DNA of 64,000 nt from Gammaproteobacteria bacterium (GCA_965202685.1 OZ241853.1:2585622-2649621); one strand, 5' to 3'. Positions 9,664 to 18,313 are shown, counted from the first letter of the stretch. The notes: generated by a model not told the origin, from the sequence alone. A program made the numbers and translations.

Positions 9664-12413
9664 CCCGGTTCGCTTTCAGTTTTCCTGAGGAGACCTCTGT
9701 TGCCGGGCTGGATTCGGCGGCGGCGAGTTACGCCGGCGGCCTCATTGAGCTGTTGTCCGCCCGGTTGCAGGAAGTCATCGCCCTGAGAAAACCGGAAATC
9801 CTGCCCATATTCGCCGGCAAAGCGCCATTGCCCCGGGACGACGCCCAGCTGTTGTTGGCGGCCCTGGAGGCCTGGGGGATCTGGTTTCAGTTGCTCAACA
9901 TCGCCGAGGAAAACACCGCCATGCGCCGCCGCCGCGTGGCCGAAAAGGCCCGGGGCCTGGCGCGAGTGCCGGGCTCCTTCGCCAATGTCCTGGGGCAGGC
10001 CCGCAAGATGGGGGCGTCGCCGAAATCGTTGCAGGCCCTGCTGGACAACTTGGCGGTCGCGCCCACTCTTACCGCTCACCCCACCGAGGCGAAACGGGTG
10101 ACGGTGTTGCAGATCCACCGGCGCATCTACCTGCTTCTGCATGAGCTGGAATCGACGCGCTGGACCCAGCGGGAGCGGGTCGAGCTGGAGGCGCGGCTGC
10201 GGGATGAAATTGACCTGCTATGGCTCACTGGCGAACTGCGCCTGGAAAAGCCCACGGTCGTCCAGGAGGTGAACTGGGGGCTGCATTTCTTCGAGCAGAC
10301 TCTGTATGAACGGGTGCCGGAGACCCTGGCCCGGCTGGACCAGGCCCTGGCGGAACACTATCCTGGCGAGAGCTTCAGGGTGCCGCCGTTTTTCCGCTTC
10401 GGGTCCTGGATAGGCGGCGACCGGGACGGCAATCCCTTTGTGAGCAACGCCGCGACCCGCAAGGCCCTGTTGCTGAACCGGCGCGCCATCCTGCGACATT
10501 ATCAGCGCCGCTTGAAGGAGCTAGGGGCGCGCCTCAGCGTCTCGGCGCACGCGGTGCGCCATCCCGCCGGATTTCTCAAACGCCTGCAGGCCCTGCTGGA
10601 GGCCAGCGGCAGGAGCGAGGGCATAGCGAAGCGCAACCCCGGGGAGATCTTCCGGCAATTCGCCGTTTGCTTGTTGGAGCAGATGGAGAACACGGAAAAA
10701 CGGGCCGCGCCCGGTCGGGCGGGGCGCGCCGCCTTCAGGTGCGACAACGCCGACTCCTTCATTCAGGACCTGAAAACCCTTGAGCAGGGCCTGGAAGAGG
10801 CCGGTTGCCGACACTTGGCGCAATCCCTGGCCCGGCCCCTGCGCCGCCAGGCGGAGGCCTTCCGGTTTTGCACGGCGCGCCTGGATCTCAGGGAGAACTC
10901 TTTGGTCATCCGCGCCACCCTGAGGGCCTGCTGGCGGCAACGCCAGCAGGGAGCAGACGCCGCGCCGCCAGCGCCGGAGTCCAAAGCCTGGTTGGCGTGG
11001 ATACAGGCGGAATTGTCCAACCCCTTGGAGGCGTTGCCAAGCCTGGTCTTCGAGGAGCGGCAATGCGCCGCGACCTTCAATTTATTCCGCCTGGTGGCGG
11101 AGGCGCGCAGGACCCTGGACCGGGAGGCTTTAGGCGGGTTCGTGCTGAGCATGACCCGGTCGGTGGCGGACATCCTGGGCGTGTATCTGTTAGCCAAGTA
11201 CGCCGGCGCCTTTACCGACAGCCAGGGGGTGGAAAGCTCCGCCCTGCCGGTGGTGCCGCTGTTTGAAACCATAGAGGACCTGCGGGCCGCGCCGGGGATC
11301 ATGCGGGCCCTGTTGAAGACGCCGGTGGCGCGCCGTAGCGTCAGGGAGCAGGGGGGGACGCAGGAGGTCATGCTCGGCTACTCCGATTCCAACAAAGATG
11401 GCGGTTTCCTCACCGCCAATTATGAATTGAGCCGCGCCCAGGCCAAACTGGCCAAGGTCGGCGTGGAGTGCAAGATTCCCATCGTGTTTTTTCATGGCAG
11501 AGGGGGGTCGGTCAGCCGCGGCGGCGGCCCCACCGGGCGCGCCATCGCCGCGCAACCCGCTGGTTCCGTCAACGGCAAGTTGCGGCTCACGGAGCAGGGA
11601 GAGGTGGTGTCCTCCCGCTACGCCAACCACGGCACCGCCCAGTACCACATGGAGCTGTTGGCCGCCAGCGTGATGGAACACACCTTGAAGTCCATGACGG
11701 AGGAGGCCTTGAAGCCGGTGCCGGAGTTTGATCAGGCTATGGACGCCCTGTCCAGTCTGGCTTACACGGCCTACCGGCAACTGCTGGAAGAGCCGGGCCT
11801 GGTGGATTATTACAACGCGGCCAGCCCGGTGGAGGAATTGGGCAAGTTGCGCATAGGCTCGCGTCCGGACCGGCGTTTCGGCGCGCGTTCCCTGGAGGAC
11901 TTGCGCGCCATCCCCTGGGTGTTCGCCTGGACGCAGAACCGGCATTACATCCCGGCCTGGTACGGCCTGGGTAGCGCCGTGGACGGATTTGTCAGGGTGC
12001 GGGGGAAGGAAGGGGAAAAGCTGTTGAAGACGATGCACCGGCGCTGGCGCCTGTTCCGGCTGGTGATTGACGAGGTGGAGAAGTCCCTGGCCTTTGTGGA
12101 TGTGGAGGTCATGCGCGCCTACGCCGACCTGGTGAAAGATGAAGAGACGCGGGAGCGGATCTACGGGAAAGTCATGCGGGAATACGAGCTGTCCAGGCAA
12201 AGCCTCCTCAAGATCACGGGGACAGCCGCCTTGCGCGGGCGTTTCGCCCGCTTCACCCGCAAGCTGGGCCGCCGCGACGCCATCCTCAAGCAGACGGGCC
12301 TGGCTCAGGTGGAATTGGTTAAACGGTTTCGCGATCAGGGCCGGCAGGAGGACCTGATCGCCTTGTTGCTTTCCATCAACTGCGCCAGCGCGGGCCTAGG
12401 CTGGACCGGCTGA
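9660..12413 (+). CDS. ppc: phosphoenolpyruvate carboxylase
   Basis: 917 aa. Hallmark PEPC motifs: VPLFETIEDL, GYSDSNKDGGFLTANYEL, FHGRGGSVSRGGGP, and a C-terminal …NTG-type ending. Confidence 0.9.
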   Translation: MTRFAFSFPEETSVAGLDSAAASYAGGLIELLSARLQEVIALRKPEILPIFAGKAPLPRDDAQLLLAALEAWGIWFQLLNIAEENTAMRRRRVAEKARGLARVPGSFANVLGQARKMGASPKSLQALLDNLAVAPTLTAHPTEAKRVTVLQIHRRIYLLLHELESTRWTQRERVELEARLRDEIDLLWLTGELRLEKPTVVQEVNWGLHFFEQTLYERVPETLARLDQALAEHYPGESFRVPPFFRFGSWIGGDRDGNPFVSNAATRKALLLNRRAILRHYQRRLKELGARLSVSAHAVRHPAGFLKRLQALLEASGRSEGIAKRNPGEIFRQFAVCLLEQMENTEKRAAPGRAGRAAFRCDNADSFIQDLKTLEQGLEEAGCRHLAQSLARPLRRQAEAFRFCTARLDLRENSLVIRATLRACWRQRQQGADAAPPAPESKAWLAWIQAELSNPLEALPSLVFEERQCAATFNLFRLVAEARRTLDREALGGFVLSMTRSVADILGVYLLAKYAGAFTDSQGVESSALPVVPLFETIEDLRAAPGIMRALLKTPVARRSVREQGGTQEVMLGYSDSNKDGGFLTANYELSRAQAKLAKVGVECKIPIVFFHGRGGSVSRGGGPTGRAIAAQPAGSVNGKLRLTEQGEVVSSRYANHGTAQYHMELLAASVMEHTLKSMTEEALKPVPEFDQAMDALSSLAYTAYRQLLEEPGLVDYYNAASPVEELGKLRIGSRPDRRFGARSLEDLRAIPWVFAWTQNRHYIPAWYGLGSAVDGFVRVRGKEGEKLLKTMHRRWRLFRLVIDEVEKSLAFVDVEVMRAYADLVKDEETRERIYGKVMREYELSRQSLLKITGTAALRGRFARFTRKLGRRDAILKQTGLAQVELVKRFRDQGRQEDLIALLLSINCASAGLGWTG

Positions 12414-12524
12414 GCCGGCTCTCCCGCAGGGCCGGTTGCGATTTTTCCGCCACTTTGGGATTGCCTGTTTTTCGGGGAGTGCCCCCAGGCCAAAAGCGAG
12501 GCAACGGGTTGGGCCGATTTCTCT

Positions 12525-12553
12525 TTGACCGGTTCTGGCTGAAATGGTATATT
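12525..12553 (+). promoter_or_regulatory. candidate promoter of the island-1 R-M operon (TTGACC-17 nt-TATATT)
   Basis: -35 TTGACC (12525-12530), 17-nt spacer, -10 TATATT (12548-12553), immediately upstream of the AT-rich island. Confidence 0.45.
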
Positions 12554-12650
12554 TGCAACCGCTTTGCCCCGTCCGTCTGTTGGCGCGGGGTTGGCGTGGC
12601 AAGTTGTTGATGCTTTTTTCATCTTGATTTTTTTGACCAGACCCGGGGCA

Positions 12651-13820
12651 ATGGGAAAGTTGCAAGAGTGCAAGGAAATGACTGAAATAGAAACGCTGGA
12701 GACAGTGGATTGGGACTTTGCGGATGCTTTGACGGGCACCTCGACAAACACAATACATCCCTATCCAGCTAAATTCATCCCGCAGATTCCAAATCGTTTC
12801 ATAAGGCGGTTTTCAAATGAGGGGGAAACGGTGTATGAACCGTTTTTGGGCAGTGGCACGACTGCTGTAGAGGCCAACATACTCGGAAGAAATTCCATTG
12901 GCAACGACGTGAATGAGCTGGCGGTGCTTATTTCCAAAGTCAAAACAACTCCTATTGCGAACAGAAAACTCGCCTCTCTTGACGGCTTGCTGAATAAAAT
13001 CTACAACCGGATAGATCAGTTGCATTCCAGCAGGGAAGATAAAATTGCAAGACCCAACATCGTCAACCTTGATCGATGGTTTGAAGATTTTGTGATCAAA
13101 GAGCTGGCGCTCACCAAAGAAGAAATTATGAAACTTGGCGACCAGGATCTGATTGATTTTTGCCTTGTGGCGTTTTCGGGGATCATCATTGCCGTTTCGA
13201 GACAAGACAGCGACACCCGATATGTGCGAGTTCCCAAGAACATCAAGCCATTGGATACTTTCGACAAGTTTTCAAAACAGTTGCGCAAATTGAGAAAAAT
13301 TATGCGGGAGTCGAGAGAGCTGATTAGCAAGGGCAAATCTGTCTTTAAAGTCGCCGACACGAGAATGGAAGATGTTTTTGCTGAAGACTCGGCTGATTTG
13401 GCTGTTACATCCCCTCCTTACCCTAATGCTTATGATTACCACCTGTATCATAAATACCGTCTCTTTTGGTTGGGAATGGATCCAGCGCGTTTGCGGCAAA
13501 GTGAAATTGGGGCGCATGCTGACTACTCAAAGAAAAACGGGGCGGATGAATTTGACTTTTTGAAGGACATGAAAAAGTGTTTTTTGAACACGAGCAAAAT
13601 CCTCAAGCCTGGCGCTTGTTTTGCTCTTGTCATTGGCGATTCAATTTTGAAAGGCAGGAACATTCGGAATAACGAAGTTCTGAAGCAAGCCGCTCAGATG
13701 ACGCCTTTCAGTTATGTTGCGGAGTTCACAAGGAATCTGAAGTTAAACAAGAAATCATTTAACCCGAAGATCGGCAATATAAAGACGGAAAAGATTGTGG
13801 TTTTTGAGAATCGGAAATGA
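12651..13820 (+). CDS. DNA amino-methyltransferase (SPPY motif; probable N4-cytosine or N6-adenine), family paralog A
   Basis: Motif order is HPYPAKFIPQ (motif-X-like), then SNEGETVYEPFLGSGTTAVEA (motif I), about 190 aa, then VTSPPYPNAYDY (motif IV). The start could be ATG 12651 or ATG 12678; the ORF-track start at 12564 is unlikely. Confidence 0.7.
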   Translation: MGKLQECKEMTEIETLETVDWDFADALTGTSTNTIHPYPAKFIPQIPNRFIRRFSNEGETVYEPFLGSGTTAVEANILGRNSIGNDVNELAVLISKVKTTPIANRKLASLDGLLNKIYNRIDQLHSSREDKIARPNIVNLDRWFEDFVIKELALTKEEIMKLGDQDLIDFCLVAFSGIIIAVSRQDSDTRYVRVPKNIKPLDTFDKFSKQLRKLRKIMRESRELISKGKSVFKVADTRMEDVFAEDSADLAVTSPPYPNAYDYHLYHKYRLFWLGMDPARLRQSEIGAHADYSKKNGADEFDFLKDMKKCFLNTSKILKPGACFALVIGDSILKGRNIRNNEVLKQAAQMTPFSYVAEFTRNLKLNKKSFNPKIGNIKTEKIVVFENRK

Positions 13821-13823
13821 GCC

Positions 13824-15395
13824 ATGTATAGGTACCTGGCCAATTTTTCAAGATACAAGCTTCGGGATTACGAGAAGCAACTTGCGATAGGGGAATTCGA
13901 GAATCAATTTCCTTCCGTGAAGGAAAAATCAGTCACCGACCAGGGAATATCATTTACGACAAGCCGGCGTCTTAACGCCTCCAAACTTGAAAAGTTGGCT
14001 TTTTACAGCGAGATTCGTTTTCAAAATATGAGATCGGAACAATCAAGCATCCTGACAGACCAGGCGATTATCGAGAGTTTCCAAAAGTCTTCTCCTGATT
14101 TGTTTGAGTCCATTCATCCTGCTAAATCCCGGGAAATTCGCTATTTGACGCATTCGTTTCACGAGTATAAAGGCAGGTTTTATCCGCAACTTGCGAAAGC
14201 GTTTATGAATTACGCCGGTCTCAAAAGAGGCGACACTATTTTAGATCCGTTCTGCGGTAGCGGAACGACATTAGTTGAAAGCTTGCTGTTTGGCGCAAAC
14301 GCCATCGGCATTGACATAAACCCAATAGCTTATCTTTTGGCCAAGGCAAAGGTGCAAAGCCTTTTATTGAAAGAAAAAGAGCTGGGGGTTGTTCGAGAAA
14401 CTTTTGCAGACTCCAAGTTCGGTTCAGACTGGAAAAAGATTCGATTAGAGAGTTGCGACAGCGCTTTGGATGTGGAATACTTGAAAAACTGGTTTCCTGA
14501 AAAAAACCTGAAAAAAATCATTTTCATTCAACAGACCATAGGGCGTTTGCCGAATGAAACAACCCGACTCTTTGCAAAAGTGATTCTTAGCAACCTGTTG
14601 CGAAAGTTTTCCTATCAAGAGCCAAATCAGCTGAGAATGAGAAGGCGGCTGGATGCGCCGCCGCAGAATCTGATTGAAACATTTAAGAAAAATCTTGTTG
14701 ATCAGATTGAAAACCTGGAAAAATTTCGTTTGTTAAATCGTTTTGATCTTACTTCCCAAGTTGAGAATCATTTAGGTGATGTCAGAACATTGATGAAAAG
14801 CGCCGGGCTGAGAAGTCGCTCGGTTGATGCCGTCATTACTTCGCCGCCTTATGCGACCGCGTTGCCTTATGTCGATACTGACAGGCTTTCATTGTTTGTT
14901 TTCGGCTTCACCAGGAAGGGCAATTTCCGGGAATTGGAACGAACCTTAATTGGCAATCGCGAGATTGCCAAGTCAGAGAGGGTGCAACTGGATAAAGAAC
15001 TTGAGAGCAACTTCGCCCAGTCTGTCTTGCCTAAAAAAATCACTCGGCTACTGAGAAAAATTTACCTGCTCAATAAAAATTCAGATGTCGGCTTCAGGCG
15101 CAAGAACACGGCGGCATTGCTCTACAAGTACTTTTCGGACATGCAACTGAGCCTCAACCAGGTTTCCAAGATCCTGAAGCAAAACAAACTGGCTTTTTTT
15201 GTCGTGGGCAACAACAGAACCACAGCAGGCGGCGAAAATGTCCACATTCCGACGGGCGATTTTATCAGCTTGATTGCGCAAGAAAATGGTTTAAGGCTTG
15301 TTGAGAAAATCAACATGACCGTTCAACAGCCTTATATGATTCATTCTAAAAATTCCATTAGTAAGGAATCCATTTTGGTCTTGCAGAGGAAATGA
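13824..15395 (+). CDS. DNA amino-methyltransferase (SPPY motif), family paralog B
   Basis: HEYKGRFYPQL …ILDPFCGSGTTLVESLLFGANAIGIDIN… VITSPPYATALPY. Same architecture as the upstream gene. Start lies 4 bp after the stop of paralog A. Confidence 0.7.
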   Translation: MYRYLANFSRYKLRDYEKQLAIGEFENQFPSVKEKSVTDQGISFTTSRRLNASKLEKLAFYSEIRFQNMRSEQSSILTDQAIIESFQKSSPDLFESIHPAKSREIRYLTHSFHEYKGRFYPQLAKAFMNYAGLKRGDTILDPFCGSGTTLVESLLFGANAIGIDINPIAYLLAKAKVQSLLLKEKELGVVRETFADSKFGSDWKKIRLESCDSALDVEYLKNWFPEKNLKKIIFIQQTIGRLPNETTRLFAKVILSNLLRKFSYQEPNQLRMRRRLDAPPQNLIETFKKNLVDQIENLEKFRLLNRFDLTSQVENHLGDVRTLMKSAGLRSRSVDAVITSPPYATALPYVDTDRLSLFVFGFTRKGNFRELERTLIGNREIAKSERVQLDKELESNFAQSVLPKKITRLLRKIYLLNKNSDVGFRRKNTAALLYKYFSDMQLSLNQVSKILKQNKLAFFVVGNNRTTAGGENVHIPTGDFISLIAQENGLRLVEKINMTVQQPYMIHSKNSISKESILVLQRK

Positions 15396-15396
15396 C

Positions 15397-16488
15397 ATGA
15401 AACTCACACTTTTGACGCATGAAAATCCGGTAGGCGAAGAAATCGCTAAGGCTCTGAAAAACGGAAGGTATTCCAATTTCAAAGCGGCTGTCGCTTATGT
15501 GCGAAATTCGGGCCTAAGCAGGATCCACAGCGAACTGGCTGATTTTGCCGGGAACGGAGGCAAAGCATCCATAATCGCAGGCATAGATCAAGGCAATACT
15601 TCATATCAGGCTTTAGTCAATCTGAAAACTTTTGCCAAGGACAACTTGTTTATCCACCACGATAGAAATTTTGATATTACATTCCATCCCAAGATTTACC
15701 TGTTTGGCAACAGCCAGGTTGAAAAGGTGATACTGGGATCGTCCAATTTTACCGCTGGTGGTTTTTATTTGAATTACGAAGCAAATATCAGCGTTAAGCT
15801 TGGAAGTTCGGAAAAAGCAAAACGCTTTCGCCGGCAGATTTCGGATTATTGGAGCGATTTGCTGAATGACAAGAATACGAAAAGGTGCGCTCCGGCATTG
15901 CTCAACAAACTTTTGGAAAACGGTTCCATAGCCGATGAGCGCGCGCAAAAACCGTTCAAGGAAATCATTGAGAAAATGTCAACCGGTTCCCCTTTCAAAG
16001 CCAGGGAATTAAGGACAGCGCCGCCTGCTGTGGAGTTGCGAACGGAAGTTCCAGCGTTAAGAGGGAAATTTGCAATGACGCTTTCGAGCTTTGATGTAAG
16101 CGAGAGGAGCCTGGACCCTGTTCTGCTGATCCCTATTGCCGCGTTGAGGACGAGGCCGGGATTCTGGAATTTCCCTGCCTTTTACACTTATTCGGAAACA
16201 GGCTATCCTCAGCTGTATGCGGTTGCAGAAGTCCGGATGGATGGCAAGGCGCTGAAAGATCAACATATCCGGATGTATTACTACGAGAAAAAAAGCGAGT
16301 TCCGTTTGAAGTGCGAAGCCATTAAGCGGGCCGGTGATGAAGGGGACATCATTGTAATTAGAAAGTATCCCACCAGGCCCTTGGAGTTTGAAATTGAGCT
16401 TTTAAGGCGGAATTCCATAGAACATGAAGAGATTAGACCTCTTCTTGCTCAGAGAGCAAGTTCGCGGAAATTTTTCGCTTATTTGTGA
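15397..16488 (+). CDS. phospholipase-D-family nuclease with a single HKD motif; candidate BfiI/NgoFVII-type restriction endonuclease
   Basis: Single HxK…GSxN motif (HPKIYLFGNSQVEKVILGSSNFT) in the N-terminal half. C-terminal half of about 170 aa is plausibly a DNA-recognition domain. 363 aa, close to BfiI (358 aa) and similar to Nuc. Starts 2 bp after the stop of methyltransferase B. Confidence 0.6.
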   Translation: MKLTLLTHENPVGEEIAKALKNGRYSNFKAAVAYVRNSGLSRIHSELADFAGNGGKASIIAGIDQGNTSYQALVNLKTFAKDNLFIHHDRNFDITFHPKIYLFGNSQVEKVILGSSNFTAGGFYLNYEANISVKLGSSEKAKRFRRQISDYWSDLLNDKNTKRCAPALLNKLLENGSIADERAQKPFKEIIEKMSTGSPFKARELRTAPPAVELRTEVPALRGKFAMTLSSFDVSERSLDPVLLIPIAALRTRPGFWNFPAFYTYSETGYPQLYAVAEVRMDGKALKDQHIRMYYYEKKSEFRLKCEAIKRAGDEGDIIVIRKYPTRPLEFEIELLRRNSIEHEEIRPLLAQRASSRKFFAYL

Positions 16489-16497
16489 CAGTGGGTT

Positions 16498-17799
16498 ATG
16501 CAGACGATTGAAGCGTTGATTGAACCTGGCCGCGCGCACCGGGACCTCTATGTAAGCAAGGAGATTTTCGCCTTGGAGATGGAGCGGATCTGGGGACAGG
16601 CTTGGCTTTACGCGGGCCATGAGAGCCAGGTCAAAGCGCCGGGTGAGTACATCACGACTACCCTGGGGTTGACCCCTGTGGTCATGGTTCGGGATGTCGA
16701 TAGCGGCGGCGTGGCGGTGTTGTTGAACCGTTGCGGGCACCGGGGAGCCATGGTCTGCCAGGCCCGGGCCGGCGTGGCGGCCCGGGGCCTGTTCAGGTGC
16801 CCCTATCACGGCTGGACCTACAAGACGGATGGCTCTTTGCGGGCCCAGCCCAGCCCCGCCGGCTATGAGGGGGTGGGGTTCGACAAGAGCGACCCGTCCT
16901 TCGGCATGACTCCAGTCCCCAGGGCGCAAAGCTACCGGGGGTTTGTCTTCGCCTCCCTGGTCGCGACCGGGCCTGACCTGGAGACCTTTCTCGGGGAGGC
17001 CCGCGCCACCATAGACAACATGATTGACCGCTCGCCTGAGGGCGAGGTGGAAGTCACCGGCAAGACCTGCCATCGTTTCCGCCATCGCGCCAACTGGAAG
17101 CTGTTCACCGAAAACCTGCACGACGCCATGCATCCCATGGTGGCCCATGCCGGCACCACCACGGCGGTGCGGCGCTATCTGGAACAGTTGCCGCCAGGGG
17201 CCGAGCCGCCGCCGGAAGCGGAGGTGATCGCCCCCTTCGGCGGTTCCTACGATTTTTTCGACGACATGGGTTTCGTGGGGCTGCCCCGGGGCCATGGCTA
17301 CATGGGCGGGGAGACGAGCATCTTCAGCCACTACGAGGTGTACGCCGATTACCTTGAAAAAATGGAACGGGCCTACGGCAAGACCCGCGCCCAGGCCATC
17401 CTCGCGTTTAACCGGCACAACACCCTGGTCTATCCGTCCTGCGCGGTGCGGGACAATATCCAGTCCATCCGCGTCGTCGTGCCGGTGGCGGTGGACGAGA
17501 CCATCATCGAGTCTTGGACTTTCAGGCTCAAGGGCGCGCCCGCCGCCATGTTGGAGCGCACCTTGCGCTACTCCCGCCTGATCAATTCCCCCGCCTCCAT
17601 GGTCGGGGCGGACGATCTGAATTGCTATGAGCGCGTGCAACAGAGCGCCGCCACCGGCGCCGTGACCTGGATAGACCTGCGCCGGCACCTGGGGCGGGAA
17701 GTTCGGGACGGGGACCGGGTCACCGCCACAGGCACCAGCGACCTGGCCCTGCGCAACCAGCACGCCGCCTGGCTTGAGTACATGACCGCCGGCGCGTAA
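16498..17799 (+). CDS. Rieske [2Fe-2S] ring-hydroxylating dioxygenase, alpha (large) subunit
   Basis: Rieske motif CGHRG…(17 aa)…CPYHGW, then a catalytic-domain region with conserved His/Asp. 433 aa. Confidence 0.8.
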   Translation: MQTIEALIEPGRAHRDLYVSKEIFALEMERIWGQAWLYAGHESQVKAPGEYITTTLGLTPVVMVRDVDSGGVAVLLNRCGHRGAMVCQARAGVAARGLFRCPYHGWTYKTDGSLRAQPSPAGYEGVGFDKSDPSFGMTPVPRAQSYRGFVFASLVATGPDLETFLGEARATIDNMIDRSPEGEVEVTGKTCHRFRHRANWKLFTENLHDAMHPMVAHAGTTTAVRRYLEQLPPGAEPPPEAEVIAPFGGSYDFFDDMGFVGLPRGHGYMGGETSIFSHYEVYADYLEKMERAYGKTRAQAILAFNRHNTLVYPSCAVRDNIQSIRVVVPVAVDETIIESWTFRLKGAPAAMLERTLRYSRLINSPASMVGADDLNCYERVQQSAATGAVTWIDLRRHLGREVRDGDRVTATGTSDLALRNQHAAWLEYMTAGA

Positions 17800-17803
17800 G
17801 GCA

Positions 17804-18292
17804 ATGCCGCGAAAAACAGGAAAGGGCCTGCGCAAGGCCGTCAAGGCGCTTATCCGGGAGGAGACGCGCTGCCTCGATGAGGGAGATTTGGCTGCCTGGA
17901 GCGCCTTGTTCACGGAAGACGGCTATTACTGGATGCCCTTGGAACCGGCGCAAACAAATCCAGCGGAGCATGACTCCCTGATCTACGACAACCGCGCCTT
18001 GATGGAAATGCGCCGGCTCAACCTGGCCAACCCCCTGGCGCCTTCCCTGCAATGCGCGGCGCGTTCCGTGCGCGTCCTCTCGGCGTTGGACCTAGGGCCG
18101 GAAGAGCCTGCTGGCGAGCTCACTGTCAAGGCGCGGGTCATCGCCGTGATCCGGCACCGGCGGCAGGATTGTTTCGCCGGCGCCGTGACCTGGCGCCTGG
18201 TTCAAACAGAGGCGGGCCTCAGGATTAAATCCAAGCGCGTCGACTTGCTGAACGCGGATCTGCCCCTGGACAGCATCATGATGTATGTGTGA
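17804..18292 (+). CDS. ring-hydroxylating dioxygenase beta (small) subunit, NTF2/SnoaL-like fold
   Basis: 162 aa, immediately downstream of the alpha subunit. N-terminal …LIREETRCLDEGDLAAWSALFTEDGYYWMP… is typical of beta subunits. Confidence 0.65.
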   Translation: MPRKTGKGLRKAVKALIREETRCLDEGDLAAWSALFTEDGYYWMPLEPAQTNPAEHDSLIYDNRALMEMRRLNLANPLAPSLQCAARSVRVLSALDLGPEEPAGELTVKARVIAVIRHRRQDCFAGAVTWRLVQTEAGLRIKSKRVDLLNADLPLDSIMMYV

Positions 18293-18294
18293 TG

Positions 18295-18313
18295 AAGGCG
18301 GCCCGGCCCCGCC

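Larger units (their letters stand above)
12560..16490 (+). other. AT-rich genomic island 1: BfiI-like restriction-modification locus (two methyltransferases plus a PLD-family nuclease)
   Basis: Composition drops sharply (about 40-45% G+C by eye, against about 65% in the flanks). Three tightly packed same-strand genes inserted between ppc and the dioxygenase alpha gene. No integrase or transposase. Confidence 0.7.

Noticed and set aside
12413-12470. Hairpin after ppc (gccgg…ccggc with downstream …gcgattttt) as an intrinsic terminator
   Set aside because: The stem is short (5 bp) and the T-tract is separated from it, which is too weak to call.
12560-16490. Island 1 as a prophage or integrative mobile element
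   Set aside because: No integrase, recombinase, transposase, terminal repeats or structural phage genes are present. Only an R-M cassette is, so it is called a genomic island rather than a mobile element.
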